The notes under the pieces are model-generated. The model worked only from the letters and a program-made list of their open reading frames with translations, did not search any database and was not told where the DNA came from. A program made the translations under genes and the position numbers. Shown here piece by piece: positions 8,811 through 18,738 of a stretch of 25,209 nt of DNA. Origin of the DNA: Candidatus Thorarchaeota archaeon (GTDB lineage: Archaea; Asgardarchaeota; Thorarchaeia; Thorarchaeales; Thorarchaeaceae); NCBI GenBank assembly GCA_016933575.1, contig JAFGAR010000032.1, positions 1 to 25,209 of the forward strand, written 5' to 3'. Every line of letters starts with the position of its first letter. The first letter of the stretch is position 1.

Positions 8811-10475
8811 GTGGTCAGGCATCTTGCACTCAACTTTCTGTACAACAGGATAGGAACTAGATCAGAGATTGAACCAGAGGGTGTGTGTTTGGCTGTAGCA
8901 CTGGCATCAGCAGACTCCAAAAAAACTGGAGGCTCAAAAATGGCTAGTCTGAGCAAAGTAACATTTCCATTCTGGATTGTACAGACCTCCCCAACTAAAT
9001 CAATCGCTATTGCTGCATTCAGCTCCATTAAACAAGAATTCAAGCTCAGCGAAATGAAAGGTTCAGGCGAAATCAGAAGGATAGTGAGTTCAGATGTGTC
9101 TCAATCTGAAGATATCCCCAAAGCAGCATCAAAGATAAGACCACTTCTAGATAGAGTTGAAACGGTCACTGCAGATATTCCTAATCTCATCAATCCTACT
9201 ACATTTACGAATGTTGCGAATTACATTGAAACATTAGAACCATCTGTACAACCTAATAGATTGGAAATACAAATCGATTCAAATGTTGCTCTAAAGAGAA
9301 CAGAGGAATTTAGAGAAATTTCAAATGCAGCGCAACTCCGTATCGAAGCCACAGAATCACTACGAAAGCTAATTCAAGATAAATTCGGTGATCAAAAGAA
9401 GATACTTGAAAACCTTGCAAAATTGGAACTAGATCGATGGAACGATCGTGTCAAGACGATGGAGGAGAGGTCTAAACAGGAGATAATCGACCTTACTAAG
9501 AAGAAGGATGATCAACTCTATGCTTTGCGCGAGAAGCATAAGATGAATCTCCGTGCGATGACAGCTGAATTCTCACGAACCACGAATGACCTAGAGAAAT
9601 TCTTCACTGAGATAGTTGATGAAATACGAGATGCTAGGACTCAGATTGGAGAGAAAGAGGACAATGTCGAGGGAGCTATAACAATCTATTCAGAACTTGT
9701 AAGCAAGGTCAAGAAAAGAGTAGAGAGAAGTACTCAGCCTCTAGAAACCTTAGAGAGCAAGAAACAAACTTTACGTAATCAAGTAGAAAGCGAGCAAAAA
9801 GAGTACAACACAAAAATTACTGAAATTGAGAAAGCTCTGAAAGCACAAATAACTGATCATGAAAATAGAATTGAAAGCACCAAGAAAGAAATGATTCAGA
9901 AGATGAAAGAGTTTGATGAAATCAAGTCAAAAGTAAATTCCGCAATCGAAGAGACCGATGAAGCACTCGAATCCAGAATAATTGGTTTTCAGAAGGAATT
10001 TCTTGACCTGATGTCATGGACTCTTGATAATAATTCGATTAGTGAGATTGCTCCATTGACCCATTTGGATATCAACACATATGTAGCAAAATTTGATGAC
10101 AATTCATATTCAATTCTGACACCAAGCATGCTTCCCGAATCAGGAAGCTCCAAGGGGGTGAAGATACAGTCGCTCGATGTTGATTTCGATAGAATGATCA
10201 CATCATTGATTGACGAGCGAAGAAAAACAGATCGTGCATTCAAGGATGCTTTCGACCGTGCTTGTGTCAGAGGAAACGTGTTCATTAATGCTGAATCCAA
10301 GGAATTGTTGAGTGAAGGACTAAGAGTACTAATCAGTAAGAATCTATTGAATACAGATGACAAAACAAGATATGAAAATCTCTGGAGTAAGTATTCAGGA
10401 AAATGTCCAAAGTGTGGAGCTATTACTGAGATAGGAGCAAAATTCTGCCAAAAGTGTGGACTAGATCTAAGTTAA
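8811..10475 (+). CDS. Long coiled-coil protein with C-terminal zinc ribbon
   Basis: Central E/K/Q/L-rich heptad region of roughly 250 aa; C-terminal CPKCG...FCQKCG. GTG start, exact start uncertain. Confidence 0.85.
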   Translation: MVRHLALNFLYNRIGTRSEIEPEGVCLAVALASADSKKTGGSKMASLSKVTFPFWIVQTSPTKSIAIAAFSSIKQEFKLSEMKGSGEIRRIVSSDVSQSEDIPKAASKIRPLLDRVETVTADIPNLINPTTFTNVANYIETLEPSVQPNRLEIQIDSNVALKRTEEFREISNAAQLRIEATESLRKLIQDKFGDQKKILENLAKLELDRWNDRVKTMEERSKQEIIDLTKKKDDQLYALREKHKMNLRAMTAEFSRTTNDLEKFFTEIVDEIRDARTQIGEKEDNVEGAITIYSELVSKVKKRVERSTQPLETLESKKQTLRNQVESEQKEYNTKITEIEKALKAQITDHENRIESTKKEMIQKMKEFDEIKSKVNSAIEETDEALESRIIGFQKEFLDLMSWTLDNNSISEIAPLTHLDINTYVAKFDDNSYSILTPSMLPESGSSKGVKIQSLDVDFDRMITSLIDERRKTDRAFKDAFDRACVRGNVFINAESKELLSEGLRVLISKNLLNTDDKTRYENLWSKYSGKCPKCGAITEIGAKFCQKCGLDLS

Positions 10476-10612
10476 GAAAAAGAGTAAACCAAGGATATCT
10501 CTTATTCATGAATAGATAGCGCTTTATGATAAACTTCAGAAGATTAGAGAATGACTTGAACAAAGCGATTGCTCTAAATACGACTAGTTGCCTAATCCGA
10601 TAACTGAGGCAT

Positions 10613-11890
10613 ATGGGTTTAGTTACTGCAATCATTGTACTCACTGTATTTGTGATTGCGTTACTTGGAATAATGAGCGAACGGGTAAACGATACAGCTG
10701 CCTCCCTAATGGCCTTTGGACTCGCTGCATCAGCAGTCTATTTTTTCGATGGAGTACAATTCACTACCTATGTCATAGGGATGGGTTGGGACGTCATTCT
10801 CTTTGTTGCAGCCATGATGATCATCGTTTCAGTAGTTGCTTCATCGGGTCTATTTCAATATCTAGGAATACTTCTTGCATTGCGAACCTTTGGTAATCCA
10901 AAACGAATATTCAATTACTTCATGATCTTGGTATTCATCATTTCACTTCTCTTCGACCCATTACCTACAATGCTAATCGTCAGTGTATTTACAGTTGAAG
11001 TCTGCAACGCAATTGATGTTGACTTTCGACCGTATTTGATAACTGAGGCAGTAATTGCTGGCGTTGGTTCTTTGCCGACGCCTATTGGTTCTGTAACAAA
11101 CTTGGTAATATTCTACCTTGCAGATGTTAATGCAGGATTGATGTTCATCATTCTCTTCCCACTCTCAATCATTCTATTTATTGTAACAATGAAGTACATG
11201 GTTAGAAAGTACAGTAGTATCGTTGATGATAGTGTTGCCAGAGACATGACAGATCTCTTTGTTATAGATCCAAATGTAACAATAAGATCGAAACCAGATC
11301 TACTTGTGTCTGTTAGTGGACTGTTTGTGCTTATCCTAGGCCTCATTCTCTTGCCTCAACAGACTGCGATGGTAGCTCTCGTGGTTGCAGGTGCTCTTCT
11401 TATTCCGTCACGTGATAGAGCAAAAGACCTATTGAAACGACTATCTTGGGATACAGTCTTCTTTCTAGTTGGGATGATGGGAGTTGTTCAAGGACTGGTA
11501 TTGACAGACATTATAGCGGCTCTAGGAAATAGTCTCCAGTGGATATCCGAAACCAATGTATTTCTTGCGATTGCGTTAATGGTTCTAGTTCCTGGCGGCG
11601 TTATGGCGCCAATCGATGCAAAAGCTGTTGGTATTCTATTAGCCCCAGCAGCAAAGGAACTCACAGCAATAAATCCAGTGATACCTCTAGCTCTCATAAC
11701 AGGGACTAACGCAGGAGGGTATGTCGTTCCGCTTGGTGATGCCCCAAATATGGTAGTAGTATCTATTGCTGAAAAGAATCTGAAACCATTAAGCTGGGCG
11801 GAATTCAATAAAGTTGTAATTCCTCTTGGCGTCTTACATCTCATTATCTCGGTTATTTACTTGGGAATAATTGGACTGCTCTTTATGTAA
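10613..11890 (+). CDS. ArsB/NhaD (ion transporter superfamily) permease
   Basis: About 12 TM helices; paired motifs GSLPTPIGSVTNL and GTNAGGYVVPLGDAPN; WDVILF and WDTVFF repeats. Confidence 0.85.
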   Translation: MGLVTAIIVLTVFVIALLGIMSERVNDTAASLMAFGLAASAVYFFDGVQFTTYVIGMGWDVILFVAAMMIIVSVVASSGLFQYLGILLALRTFGNPKRIFNYFMILVFIISLLFDPLPTMLIVSVFTVEVCNAIDVDFRPYLITEAVIAGVGSLPTPIGSVTNLVIFYLADVNAGLMFIILFPLSIILFIVTMKYMVRKYSSIVDDSVARDMTDLFVIDPNVTIRSKPDLLVSVSGLFVLILGLILLPQQTAMVALVVAGALLIPSRDRAKDLLKRLSWDTVFFLVGMMGVVQGLVLTDIIAALGNSLQWISETNVFLAIALMVLVPGGVMAPIDAKAVGILLAPAAKELTAINPVIPLALITGTNAGGYVVPLGDAPNMVVVSIAEKNLKPLSWAEFNKVVIPLGVLHLIISVIYLGIIGLLFM

Positions 11891-12075
11891 AAAGCAGATG
11901 ATGATTTAGAGAAACAGAATAACAATCCTAACTAAATTGATGTGATTTTTCTACAAGTACTATTAGACGTTCATAAAAATTTGAAGTCATGATTTTCCAA
12001 TATAGTATTGTGACTGCTCCTTTCTTCTGATAGAATGCTAGATATATTTGTTTCAATTACTTGCAGAAGAGAAAA

Positions 12076-12381
12076 ATGAAAGAATTCAAACGGAGTGTTA
12101 GGCTCTTTGAGGAACGTGGTGAAACCTCTATCTTCATAGATGTTGGCATTGATGAGAGTGGCAATGTGATGATGTCAGGTCAAGATTTAGGTAAGGTGCC
12201 TCAGGAGTATTGGGGAGACTCTGACTATGAATATGCCATTTTAGTAAATCATGGAGAGCGAGACGAATTGCTTCTTGCATTGTTACAGCAAATGTTTAGT
12301 GGATCAAGAGAAGCTTTTTCCAAGTTTAGAGATTTCCTTACAAAATATAACATAAAGTACGAATTCGACTCGTGGATTTAA
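12076..12381 (+). CDS. Small hypothetical protein
   Basis: Globular-looking sequence (SGQDLG...WGDSDYEY). ATG at 12076 preferred over TTG at 12061. Confidence 0.7.
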   Translation: MKEFKRSVRLFEERGETSIFIDVGIDESGNVMMSGQDLGKVPQEYWGDSDYEYAILVNHGERDELLLALLQQMFSGSREAFSKFRDFLTKYNIKYEFDSWI

Positions 12382-12387
12382 AACGCT

Positions 12388-12831
12388 TTATTCTTGACGA
12401 TTTTCAAGTTCCTCTCGTAGCTCATCTGACCATTCTTCGGTGGGCATTGGGTTATTAATCTCAATCAGATTACCATCAGGGTCTCGAACATAAGAGACTC
12501 GAATCCCCCATCGTGAATTGTCAATTGGTTCTAGGATGACATTAGCTCCTTTCTTCTTTAATTTTGAGATTGTATTATCAACGCTTTCCACTCCGAATAT
12601 TAAGACGTAAGAATCTTGAGTAACAGCATCGCTTGGGAGATTTGTGGTTCCTATTACCTCAGCTAGCAATCCACGCTTGAATATTGATAGATTGGTGGTG
12701 TCTCCGACTTTGAAGCTAGCATAGTTTTCACCCTCATTCCCCCAAATCACAGGGAAATTCATCACGTCTCGATAGAAGCAAAAACACTCGTCAAAATTCT
12801 GAACTAGTAGACGGATATAGTCAAGTTTCAT
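12388..12831 (-). CDS. VOC/glyoxalase-bleomycin resistance family protein
   Basis: IRLLV...FYRDVM, FGVESVD, WGIRVSYVRDPDGNLIEI. Confidence 0.92.
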   Translation of the reverse strand: MKLDYIRLLVQNFDECFCFYRDVMNFPVIWGNEGENYASFKVGDTTNLSIFKRGLLAEVIGTTNLPSDAVTQDSYVLIFGVESVDNTISKLKKKGANVILEPIDNSRWGIRVSYVRDPDGNLIEINNPMPTEEWSDELREELENRQE

Positions 12832-12969
12832 GCAATTAACCCGGATTTGAGGAAATGAGAACCAATATTGTTCTTTTCGGTCAGAGTATTTATTTTCGAA
12901 AAAAGCAGAAAGCGTAATTTGCTGATTGCAGTAATCTTATTCAGTCTGCTATAACTTGTCTTTAGTGAA

Positions 12970-13995
12970 ATGAAGTTCATCAATTTCAAACCTGCTGAAT
13001 TGACAGAAAACGAGTGGCACGAATATTTTCGATCAAGAGAACGTTTGCATCATGAGAATAATCCAAGAAGTCCTTTACCATCAACCAAACGCCGACGGGA
13101 CTATATGCTCGACCCACATCCTGATTACATCCTGTCTTGGTGGAGAGCTGAGTCAGAACCAGGTGCAGTCGTTGGAATGGGAGGAGTATGGTGGGCAAAG
13201 AAAAATACGTCAATCTATAAAGAAGCGAAGGATACAGCCTATGCTGATATGATTTTGGAACAAGAGTATGCAAATGATAGGAACGAGATCGAATTCCTTA
13301 GGCATCTTACAGAAACAGCTCAAAGAATTGGTAAATCAAAATTGATTGTAGAAACCCGTGCAGAGCATCAACAGCAACTCCTCCAGAATCTTGGATTCGA
13401 TATTGTAAGTCAGCGTGCAACTTACCGATTACACGTTTCAGATGTGAATCTTGAGATGATTGAACATTGGCGTAGTGAGTGTGCCAAGAAAGCACCAGGT
13501 GTTGCAATTGAAAGACACCGTTCAATTCCTGATGAAGACCTTGTCGAATACGCAAAGATTTACACTGAAACTTGGAATCAAGCGCCTCTTGAGAATGCGG
13601 CTCCAGATATGATTGTCACTCCTGAGAGTCGAAGAAAAATGGAGAGTTACTTCGAGTCACAAGGAGAGATATGGACTACCATACTTAGCCGAGAACCAGA
13701 TAGTACAATTAGTGGTCTAACTGAGATATGGTATAATCCAGAATTGGATTATTATATTGAACAGGGTCTTACCGGGGTCAAAGAGCAGTATCGAGGAAGA
13801 AGCATAGGCAAATGGCTCAAGGCTGAGATGCTAGCTTACATATTGAGAGAATATCCAAAAGCAACTGTCATTGAAACAGGAAATGCGGATACAAATGCGC
13901 CAATGCGTTCAATCAATCAACAACTTGGATTTCGACATTACAGAAACCTTTGGATTCTTTCAACGAAAGTCAATGATCTTTTATCAAAGCTGTAA
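12970..13995 (+). CDS. Tandem GNAT-family N-acetyltransferase
   Basis: C-terminal acetyl-CoA motif TGVKEQYRGRSIGKWLK and TGNADTNAPMRSINQQLGF; degenerate N-terminal GNAT. Confidence 0.88.
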   Translation: MKFINFKPAELTENEWHEYFRSRERLHHENNPRSPLPSTKRRRDYMLDPHPDYILSWWRAESEPGAVVGMGGVWWAKKNTSIYKEAKDTAYADMILEQEYANDRNEIEFLRHLTETAQRIGKSKLIVETRAEHQQQLLQNLGFDIVSQRATYRLHVSDVNLEMIEHWRSECAKKAPGVAIERHRSIPDEDLVEYAKIYTETWNQAPLENAAPDMIVTPESRRKMESYFESQGEIWTTILSREPDSTISGLTEIWYNPELDYYIEQGLTGVKEQYRGRSIGKWLKAEMLAYILREYPKATVIETGNADTNAPMRSINQQLGFRHYRNLWILSTKVNDLLSKL

Positions 13996-14112
13996 TTATT
14001 CTTCAAACAATTGGTGGAGTAATTCTTAATCTGATGCAAAAATAGATTCAGATACAAAGAGATAAAATCATGGAGAAATCCACTTTTATTCTAGATAAGC
14101 GGTTGTGGAAAA

Positions 14113-16953
14113 TTGACTGGAAAACACGAATGGTTCAGACAATCTTCTGAAGAGGTCTTGGAGAATCTTAATAGTTCAGCAGATGGATTGAGCGACCAAG
14201 ATGCTGAGCAAAGACTTGTCGAATATGGACCTAATGAATTGGAGGAATTTGGTCGTGTAGGGCCACTTAGAATGTTTCTTCAACAATTTACAAATCCAAT
14301 GGTAATCATTCTTCTCTTTGCAATCGTAGTTTCAATCGCTACTGTTTCATTTCATAGTAGTCATGAATCGGAGGGGTACATTGATGCAATTGTCATCTCA
14401 GCCATTGTGATAATCAACGCTGTCTTCGGGTTTGTTCAGGAATATCGCTCAGAACAGGCTCTTGAGGCACTAAAGGATCTCTCTGCACCAAAGGCCATTG
14501 TCAAACGGAATGGAGAGTGGAGAGAGATGGAAGCAGGTCAGATTGTGCCGGGAGATATCATTTCCCTCGAGACCGGCGATATCGTTCCTGCTGATGCTAG
14601 GTTGATATCTAATGTTAACCTTTCAACAGATGAGTCTGCCCTTACAGGTGAATCCTTATCCGTCCAAAAGAGTGTTAAATCAATAACATCAGAAAAACCA
14701 GCTCTCGGGGATCTAACAAATCTTGTTTTTCAAGGGTCAGTTGTGACGTCAGGAAAAGGTACAGCAATCATTACTTCAACTGGGATGAAGACAGAATTCG
14801 GAAAAATCGCACAATTAGTGCAGGAAAGTAAGCAAGAACTGACACCTTTACAATTAGACTTGGATGACTTAGGAAAGCGACTTGGGGCTATCGTCCTCGT
14901 TCTCTCCGTTCTTGTCTTTGTTGCTCTCGTCTTTGTAAATGCCACCTATGATTGGAATGAAGCACTATTCGTTGGTATTGCCGTTGCAGTAGCAGCAATT
15001 CCTGAAGGACTTCCTGCAATAGTTACAGTGACTCTGGCTATTGGCGTTAGTCGAATGGTAAAAAAGAATGCAATTGTTAGACGTTTGCCTTCTGTGGAAA
15101 CATTGGGTTCTACGACAGTAATCTGCTCTGACAAGACAGGTACCATCACTAAGAATGAGATGACAGTTCGATACATACATCTCCCTACTAAGAAAGCAGC
15201 ATTAACAGGAGCCGGATACTCCAAAGAAGGGGTGTTTCATAATGTGTCAGCACCAGGAGATTGCGACGAACTCTCTAAGATAGAAGACCCATTTGATGTA
15301 GAAGGAAGCCAAGAGTTAAAATTGTTGCTGACAGCTGGTCAGTTATGTTCAACAGCAATCATATCAACAAATCCTGATGATGAATCAAGTTGGAGAATAG
15401 TTGGTGATCCTACAGAAGGGGCTCTTCTTGTTGCTGCTGAAAAAGCGGGAATAGGTTTAGAGAGTACACGAGCACAATATGAGGAACTTACAGAGTTCTC
15501 ATTCGATTCAAAACGTAAGAGAATGACAACAATCCTTCGTGACAAGTCCGGTCAGACTTGGGCTTTTTCAAAAGGAGCACCTGAAATCATACAAAAACTA
15601 TGCTCACAGATACTCGTTGCTGGCAAAGAACGGCAGTTAGATAATCAGACGCGTAACGAGATACTCGATGCAAATACCATAATGGCAGGTTGCGCAATGA
15701 GAGTTCTTGCTCTTGCATATAGAAAGCTGGACTCGAAATCAACTGATTGGAATGAGGAAGAGGTTGAATCAAATCTTGTTTTTCTTGGTCTTATGGGCAT
15801 GATAGATCCACCCCGCGAAGGAGTTGTCGAAGCTATCGTAAAGTGCCGTAGTGCTGGAATCAGACCGATTATGATTACTGGTGACCATGTACTAACTGCA
15901 AGTGCCATTGCAAAAAGTGTAGGTCTCACTCAGTCAGACAGTGGAGGAATAACGGGCTCAGAAATTAGTGATATGAGCGACGATGAACTCAATAGAATTG
16001 TCAACGAGAGAAATGTCTTTGCTCGTGTGGCACCAGAACATAAGTTGAGAATCATTCAGGCTCTGAAAAGCCAAAATCATATCGTGGCTATGACTGGTGA
16101 TGGTGTAAATGATGCCCCTGCCATAAAGACTGCGGATGTTGGTATCTCAATGGGTATCCGTGGCGCAGGAGTAACAAAAGAAGCCTCTGATCTTATCCTC
16201 ACAGATGATAATTTTTCAACCATAGTATCAGCGATTGAAGTTGGGCGAGAAATATACGCTAACATCCGTAAATTTGTGAGATTCTTATTATCTGCAAACA
16301 CTGGAGAAGTGCTCATAGTATTTCTTATGGTCATGATTGGACTACCTATCCCTCTGACACCTGTCATGATTCTCTGGATCAACTTGGTCACTGATGGGCC
16401 TCCAGCACTCGCTCTTGGTTTTGATCCACCTCCAGAGGGCATAATGAGTAGATGTCCTAGAAAACCTGGAGCTCGTATGTTAGACAAAGGAATGATTAGG
16501 ATAATCATGATTGGTGGAATCCTTGCCACATTTGCGGCAAGTACTGTGTACCTGTATGTTCTCTGGTCTGGTATTGGATATATCCCAGGAATCACGGGAC
16601 CTCGCGTGAACTGGGTATTACCACTATATGCAGAAACATTGATAGTCGCACAGACAGCAACATTTTCGACAATGGTACTGTTCCAGTTGCTATGGGTCTG
16701 GAATTGCAGGGATGAATGGAATCCCGTCTGGCGCACGAATATTCGCGAGTCTAGAGCTCTATTTATTGCAGTAGCATTCTCACTCATACTTACATTGATG
16801 GTTCTCTACACACCACTATCGATTGCCTTTGGAACAGCACCCTTTGGTATGGATGTCTGGGTCTTGATCATCGGACTATCCTTGATTGGCTTTCTGGCTC
16901 CAGTGTATCGATTGATGGGACATGGACTTGACGAAATCTGTGAAGTTGAATAG
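14113..16953 (+). CDS. P-type ATPase, type IIA (Ca2+-transporting, SERCA/PMR1-like)
   Basis: YGPNEL, DESALTGES, IPEGLP, CSDKTGT, KGAPE, DPPR, MITGD, TGDGVNDAPA, LWINLVTD. Confidence 0.95.
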   Translation: MTGKHEWFRQSSEEVLENLNSSADGLSDQDAEQRLVEYGPNELEEFGRVGPLRMFLQQFTNPMVIILLFAIVVSIATVSFHSSHESEGYIDAIVISAIVIINAVFGFVQEYRSEQALEALKDLSAPKAIVKRNGEWREMEAGQIVPGDIISLETGDIVPADARLISNVNLSTDESALTGESLSVQKSVKSITSEKPALGDLTNLVFQGSVVTSGKGTAIITSTGMKTEFGKIAQLVQESKQELTPLQLDLDDLGKRLGAIVLVLSVLVFVALVFVNATYDWNEALFVGIAVAVAAIPEGLPAIVTVTLAIGVSRMVKKNAIVRRLPSVETLGSTTVICSDKTGTITKNEMTVRYIHLPTKKAALTGAGYSKEGVFHNVSAPGDCDELSKIEDPFDVEGSQELKLLLTAGQLCSTAIISTNPDDESSWRIVGDPTEGALLVAAEKAGIGLESTRAQYEELTEFSFDSKRKRMTTILRDKSGQTWAFSKGAPEIIQKLCSQILVAGKERQLDNQTRNEILDANTIMAGCAMRVLALAYRKLDSKSTDWNEEEVESNLVFLGLMGMIDPPREGVVEAIVKCRSAGIRPIMITGDHVLTASAIAKSVGLTQSDSGGITGSEISDMSDDELNRIVNERNVFARVAPEHKLRIIQALKSQNHIVAMTGDGVNDAPAIKTADVGISMGIRGAGVTKEASDLILTDDNFSTIVSAIEVGREIYANIRKFVRFLLSANTGEVLIVFLMVMIGLPIPLTPVMILWINLVTDGPPALALGFDPPPEGIMSRCPRKPGARMLDKGMIRIIMIGGILATFAASTVYLYVLWSGIGYIPGITGPRVNWVLPLYAETLIVAQTATFSTMVLFQLLWVWNCRDEWNPVWRTNIRESRALFIAVAFSLILTLMVLYTPLSIAFGTAPFGMDVWVLIIGLSLIGFLAPVYRLMGHGLDEICEVE

Positions 16954-17031
16954 TGTCAGATTCATGGAGAGCAAAGAGCTCGTAAAAAATGAGAGAATGG
17001 GTGATATCGAGTTACCCATTATACGAGAGGG

Positions 17032-17838
17032 GTGGTTACATTGGAGACAGTGAATGCAATATCTCTATTGAGAGCAGATCATCAGGATGCTGAAATCCTC
17101 ACTAAGACATGCAAGAGAGCGTTTGATTCAGACTCAGAATATGGAGCTCCGGGACCTGGAGGACCACCTGACTATGATTCTGTCGAGTGGAATGCAAGTG
17201 CGATAATGAATAGATATCTGCAGTATTACAAGATTGTTATAGGAAATGATATCGTTGGAGGATTCATTGCAAGTGATAGAGGTCCAGGATATCAGGTATG
17301 TGAAAGGATTTGGATAGACCCAGATTATATGAGGCAAGGTATAGGCCAGAGGGTCTTTGGGTTGGTGGAAGAGCTGTATCCTTCAGCTGACCTCTGGGCT
17401 CTAGGAACTCCAGAATGGAATACGAGAACAAATCCATTCTATCAGAAAGTGGGTTTCGCCCAGATTGGTAGGACACATGATTATCCAACATGGAGTGGAA
17501 ATTATTACGAAAAGAGAATTTCAAAGGGATTCCCACAAGCCATATACACAATAGATAGACTTCGAAGAGGTCTGAATCAGGTTGTAGTAGAAGGACTTGT
17601 TTCTAAGATGTCTAGCCCTAGAACTGTTTCATCAAGAAAGACAGGTGAAACATTGAGGGTTGCAAATGTTTCTCTGAATGATGATACAGGATCAATCAAT
17701 CTTACGCTCTGGAATGATCAGATACGGCAAGTTGAGAAAGGAACAAGGATTCGAATTGAAAATGGCTATGTGAAGGAGTATAGAGATGATCTTCAATTGG
17801 GTGTTGGAGAATGGGGAATAATAATCACCTTGCTATGA
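17032..17838 (+). CDS. GNAT acetyltransferase fused to an SSB/RPA-type OB fold
   Basis: N-terminal GNAT (IWIDPDYMRQGIGQ, NPFYQKVGF); C-terminal OB fold (RVANVSLNDDTGSINLTLWNDQ...IRIENGYVKEYRDDLQLGVG). Confidence 0.85.
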   Translation: MVTLETVNAISLLRADHQDAEILTKTCKRAFDSDSEYGAPGPGGPPDYDSVEWNASAIMNRYLQYYKIVIGNDIVGGFIASDRGPGYQVCERIWIDPDYMRQGIGQRVFGLVEELYPSADLWALGTPEWNTRTNPFYQKVGFAQIGRTHDYPTWSGNYYEKRISKGFPQAIYTIDRLRRGLNQVVVEGLVSKMSSPRTVSSRKTGETLRVANVSLNDDTGSINLTLWNDQIRQVEKGTRIRIENGYVKEYRDDLQLGVGEWGIIITLL

Positions 17839-17864
17839 TTTCGTCAACAAGATCTCATCAGATG

Positions 17865-18590
17865 TTACATTTGGATGATTCCTTCAGCTTGAATTACTGT
17901 GTACCGATACTTCTGAGGGTCCACCTCAAGGACCTTCATCTTATCGACGTTGACGATGAAGATTCCTTGGATCTCTGAAGTTGCGAGTTCATCATACAAT
18001 ACGGGGGGAGTGAAGTATTGAGCATCGCACAACTCCTTCAGCTTGGCGAGTTCTTCATCATCTCTATGACCTACTCGCTCGAACATAGTATTGGGAATTT
18101 GTAAAACATGGTAGTGAGGAGTTGCTAGATAGAAGTAATGGCTGAATCCAGCATATCTAGCAATCTTCGCAGCAATTCTGGTCTTTCTATATGTACCAGG
18201 ATGAAGCGCGGCTTTTGGAGGAACAAAACCAGTCTCTACTTCAAGAACAAGAGTCTCTTCATCTTCATCTGTCCCATGCATTTCACTAAGGATTGCATCT
18301 TTTGCTTCATCGTTCCTATCAATTAATCTCTTTCTAACACCGAAGATATCGGCCATCAGTGTCCCACCATTTAAGGCGTACTCGATTTTGACTCTGTATC
18401 CATTCTCAATCAAGTGTTTTGCACAGAGGAACTGCATAATGCTATGATTGATCTTCACAAGACGTCTATGACTGAGCTCAACAAATCGCTCGCGAACATT
18501 TACTAATTCATTCATGACCTCAGGTAAAGTTGTTGGTTTCAATCGAGTCATTAACTCATCCATATCCCTAATGAAATGCTTCTTGGTCAT
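17865..18590 (-). CDS. Conserved archaeal protein with a PD-(D/E)XK-like nuclease fold
   Basis: HS...GYRVKIEY...ADIFG...LVLEVETG pattern (E...D...ExE), and KIARY. ATG at 18590. Confidence 0.7.
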   Translation of the reverse strand: MTKKHFIRDMDELMTRLKPTTLPEVMNELVNVRERFVELSHRRLVKINHSIMQFLCAKHLIENGYRVKIEYALNGGTLMADIFGVRKRLIDRNDEAKDAILSEMHGTDEDEETLVLEVETGFVPPKAALHPGTYRKTRIAAKIARYAGFSHYFYLATPHYHVLQIPNTMFERVGHRDDEELAKLKELCDAQYFTPPVLYDELATSEIQGIFIVNVDKMKVLEVDPQKYRYTVIQAEGIIQM

Positions 18591-18702
18591 CAAATGTCAC
18601 AACATCTGTTGATTCTATGAGTCATATTTTCCTCCCACCTAAGAGTCTGTCGATATCTATTCAAACGAGTGGAATATTGAAATATACAATGATTCGTTGA
18701 TT

Positions 18703-18718
18703 AGAAGAACTTATAACG
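18703..18718 (+). promoter_or_regulatory. BRE/TATA promoter of the putative ncRNA
   Basis: agaagaac (18703-18710) followed by TTATAACG (18711-18718); the TATA starts 28 nt before the first G of the terminal stem. Confidence 0.6.
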
Positions 18719-18738
18719 ATATAATACGTATGTAATAT

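Noticed and set aside
16077-16787. 236-aa minus-strand ORF and the other antisense or alternate-frame ORFs within his, ATPase, permease and QueG-like genes
   Set aside because: They lie opposite or inside well-supported genes and show no recognisable motifs.
18591-18605. Selenocysteine read-through at the in-frame TGA upstream of the nuclease-fold gene
   Set aside because: It would add only five residues (MLUHL), with no redox-motif context and no convincing SECIS hairpin.
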